Under the pieces are notes generated by a model. It had not been told where the DNA came from, did not search any database, and saw nothing but the letters and a program-made list of their open reading frames with translations. DNA of 64,000 nucleotides. Source: Amoebophrya sp. A120. Taxonomy: Eukaryota > Protista > Dinoflagellata. How positions within the stretch are numbered: the stretch's first letter is position 1; each line of letters begins with the position of its first letter. Location: contig CAJINV010000003.1 of the NCBI GenBank assembly GCA_905178155.1, positions 11,759,105-11,823,104 of the forward strand. The letters run 5' to 3'. Below are positions 61,527-64,000 of the stretch, in pieces. The translations under genes and the position numbers were made by a program.

Positions 61527-64000
61527 TCAATCCAACCACTCCTTCGGGAAATCAGTGTTGATGAACGAACACCCGAGCTCCGACAGCAAATTCGCGGTGG
61601 ATCTTCGGTCGTAGTACTCGCGGCAACCGGGAAACCAGACCCCCACCGTCATAGACTTGCACAAGCCCGCCAACTTTTCCTGGACAACTTTGTCATCGAG
61701 AAAATCGTCCTGCCACTCCAGGTAGGGGTATGGAAGAGAAGAAAGGAGAACTCCATCCCATGATGCATAGTTATCTGATTCGAATTCTGGGTGTACTGTT
61801 GGGAAGAAGACACGGCATATGGATCTTCATTTCATGTGCGGCGTACAGTACTCGCATAAAACATCACCAGCAAGACAAGATTGATAAAGCCTCTCCTTTT
61901 TTCCACGACCTAGCAACCCGTCCAGTTTCACCTCCGACTCCACTTTCAGTGCCTGCGAAACTGCCCGCAGATCTTGCAGGCCCGGGACGTCCGTTTCCGG
62001 AGTGAGGCGGCAGACCATGGCCTTTTATTTTAGTTTGTATACGATCACTCAGAATGTCAGAATTGTAATTCGTTTTTATTGATTCTCGGCATCAATCCAC
62101 ATTTATCACTGGTGCTGGTCAGGAAAGAATATTATCCTCACATAATCCACAACGTCAGGTGCAAAGTACTAGTAATGCATAAGTTATACCTCATCCAGAA
62201 CCGACTCGGAATTGCACACCCGCAACAGCAGGAATTTCGGCGGTTGGATTTCCAAGCCCTCCATTTTCTCCTTCACGCTCGGCCAAAACTCTTCGTAAAA
62301 CCGCCGGCAGGTTTCCGAAATCAGCGGGCGGTCAAAGATATGGATCGCAAACGTGTAGCTTCTGTCGCGCAGCTGAATGAGGTGTGGAACAGAAGTAGAC
62401 GTATCCGTATGAAGAATCTCTCTCAAATCATATAGATACAAAAAAAGTTTTTGCCATTTCATGCCTTATACGAGCGATATGAAGACGATTCTATCCTGCT
62501 GTGCTGTACCACGTTGCGTCTGCGCGAAACAAAAGTTTTAAAGCAAGTCCTTTATTTCCATAAAAGCTCATGATCACGGAGATGTGGTCGAGGTAAAGTT
62601 CCGGTTTTTCAGTCAACCGTTGAAAAAACGCGTCGCAAAGTCGCTTCGTTTCCTATCAAGATGAAAGCTCCCCCCTTCCCATATCAAAGTGGACATCTCT
62701 GATGCAGGATTTCCGTACACAAATCAGCTCTGTCTTGCAGAAAGGGAAAATAGGCAGATGCAAAGCCTGGGCCGGGATGTTTTGAGCTAGGCGCTTAGAA
62801 TAGCAAACGTCTGCCCTTAAGGTCTAACAGCATCACAAACCGCACGCATAGTGCGGCGGGCTTTCGGGACTTACCTTCTTGCAGCGACTTGTGGCCATAA
62901 ATCAGCATCACAATTTTTCAGAAGTGTGCCGTTTCAATATGGGAAGGGGGGACTTTTCCGCACAATATTTCCACATCCGCGTCCGGCCCCTGTTCCTGCT
63001 TGATCTCGACTACCATCTTCTTTTTCGGGATGGTGATAATACCCTGCGCGCACTGCAACACCTCCGTTAGGGTCGTTACTCTTATCGCGTTGGAAAACTA
63101 TGATCCAACAGGGAATAAATCAACGTTGGACTTGTCGTTGCGAGTCGAGAGTCTCGATTATTTCGCTGCGAAAAAATGCTAGATGTGCTTTGCGTGAGGT
63201 TGAGCACGAACAAAGTGTAGCAACCCACTAAAAGTGTAGCAGAGCATCAGCTGCATCATACAGTGTTGAATAGGCATATTTTAAGTACAGTTTTGATAAA
63301 AACGCAAGAGAAGTTTTGACGACTGCAACTGGATCATTGTTTCGTTGCAATAAATTGCCCCGACTCCGTCTTCAGCGCCGTGTGTCGCGCAAGGTAGGCT
63401 GTTTTTCAGGTTCAGTTTCTCTTTCTGCATCACCGTGTGCTTCTTCATTGCAATACCGCATCAGAATCTATCTGATCTCCCAAAAAGAATACTAGACCAA
63501 ACTATTACACATGAGCGACGTACGAAAATCTTTTCGATACCGTGTTTCAATTTCGTCAGCGGCGTTTCTTGTGCCTCTTGTTTCACGTGCTGGTTGCTGG
63601 TTCTGGATTTCGGGGACACACTCTCGGCCGTGGCGGTACTCTCCCGATCGCGCTGCGCTGCTTCTTGCTCCCCACCTTCTCCGCCGGGCTTGTTATCCTC
63701 CTCGTCCCCCTCCCGCAAGTTCGGCTTCGACTTGCGAAAGTCGCTCACCAACTCCGACTGCGTTCGGCCCCAGATCCGCTTCACCGTCTCGTCGTGCAGC
63801 AACACCAAGCGGGCGTCTAGTGTCGCGGCGATGTCGCACTCACAGTTCGTGATTCCCGATGTCCACGCGGTTTCGTACGCTTCCAACGAATTTTCCAGGG
63901 GTCGTACCAGTCGGTCGTCGGAAAAGTGGAATCCGCGGTGCGCGACCAGCTTGTGCACGAGCGAAAGTTTGGGAGCTAGTCCTGCTGTCGGGTCCGATTG
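61527..64000 (-). CDS. Glycerophosphodiester phosphodiesterase (GDPD), 5' end outside the window
   Basis: LVAHRG...ENSLEAY...ECDI..T.D..LVLLHD, VVEIK, VIMSF, VGVW, FINTDFP; multi-exon. Confidence 0.9.
61729..61912. mobile_element. Very degenerate introner-like intron
   Basis: TA ends with a purine-rich weak TIR (AAAGGAG); TSD unrecognisable, but element+5 nt removal keeps the frame (DGL[Y/H]LEW). Confidence 0.45.
62654..62967. mobile_element. Introner family C (reverse orientation)
   Basis: C-type TIRs, perfect TSD TTTCC; frame restored (ADVETKRL). Confidence 0.88.

Noticed and set aside
62431-62562. TA-ended intron with a weak inverted repeat in GDPD as another introner
   Set aside because: There is no matching TSD, and element+5 nt removal does not restore the frame. 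Left unclassified.
1-64000. tRNA, rRNA, snRNA or spliced-leader genes
   Set aside because: None were recognised by eye. A covariance-model search would be needed to exclude them.

Overview
Eukaryotic, gene-dense window. All ~13 recognisable genes are on the minus strand: NFS1, PRP19, an anoctamin, a cyclin K/T/L-like protein, a TM RING-H2 E3 ligase, a MATH-domain protein, an ankyrin protein, a PNPO-like FMN protein, a dynein light chain, a GDPD and several hypothetical proteins. The dominant signal is about 34 non-coding elements of roughly 150-390 bp interrupting these genes. They fall into at least 8 TIR families. Each begins and ends with TA (common end TAT-N7-AAAAA) and is flanked by a 5-bp target-site duplication. 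In every coding case I read through, removing the element plus one TSD copy restores the reading frame, including conserved motifs. They carry no fixed GT-AG ends and occur in both orientations, so they behave as DNA-transposon-derived non-canonical introns (introners). This pattern and the unidirectional gene order match what is known for the syndinean dinoflagellate parasite Amoebophrya; that identity is an inference. One introner carries a nested, 5'-truncated non-LTR retrotransposon. The RING finger of the E3 ligase appears split by about 812 aa. All coordinates were read by eye, and exon boundaries of the hypothetical genes are approximate.
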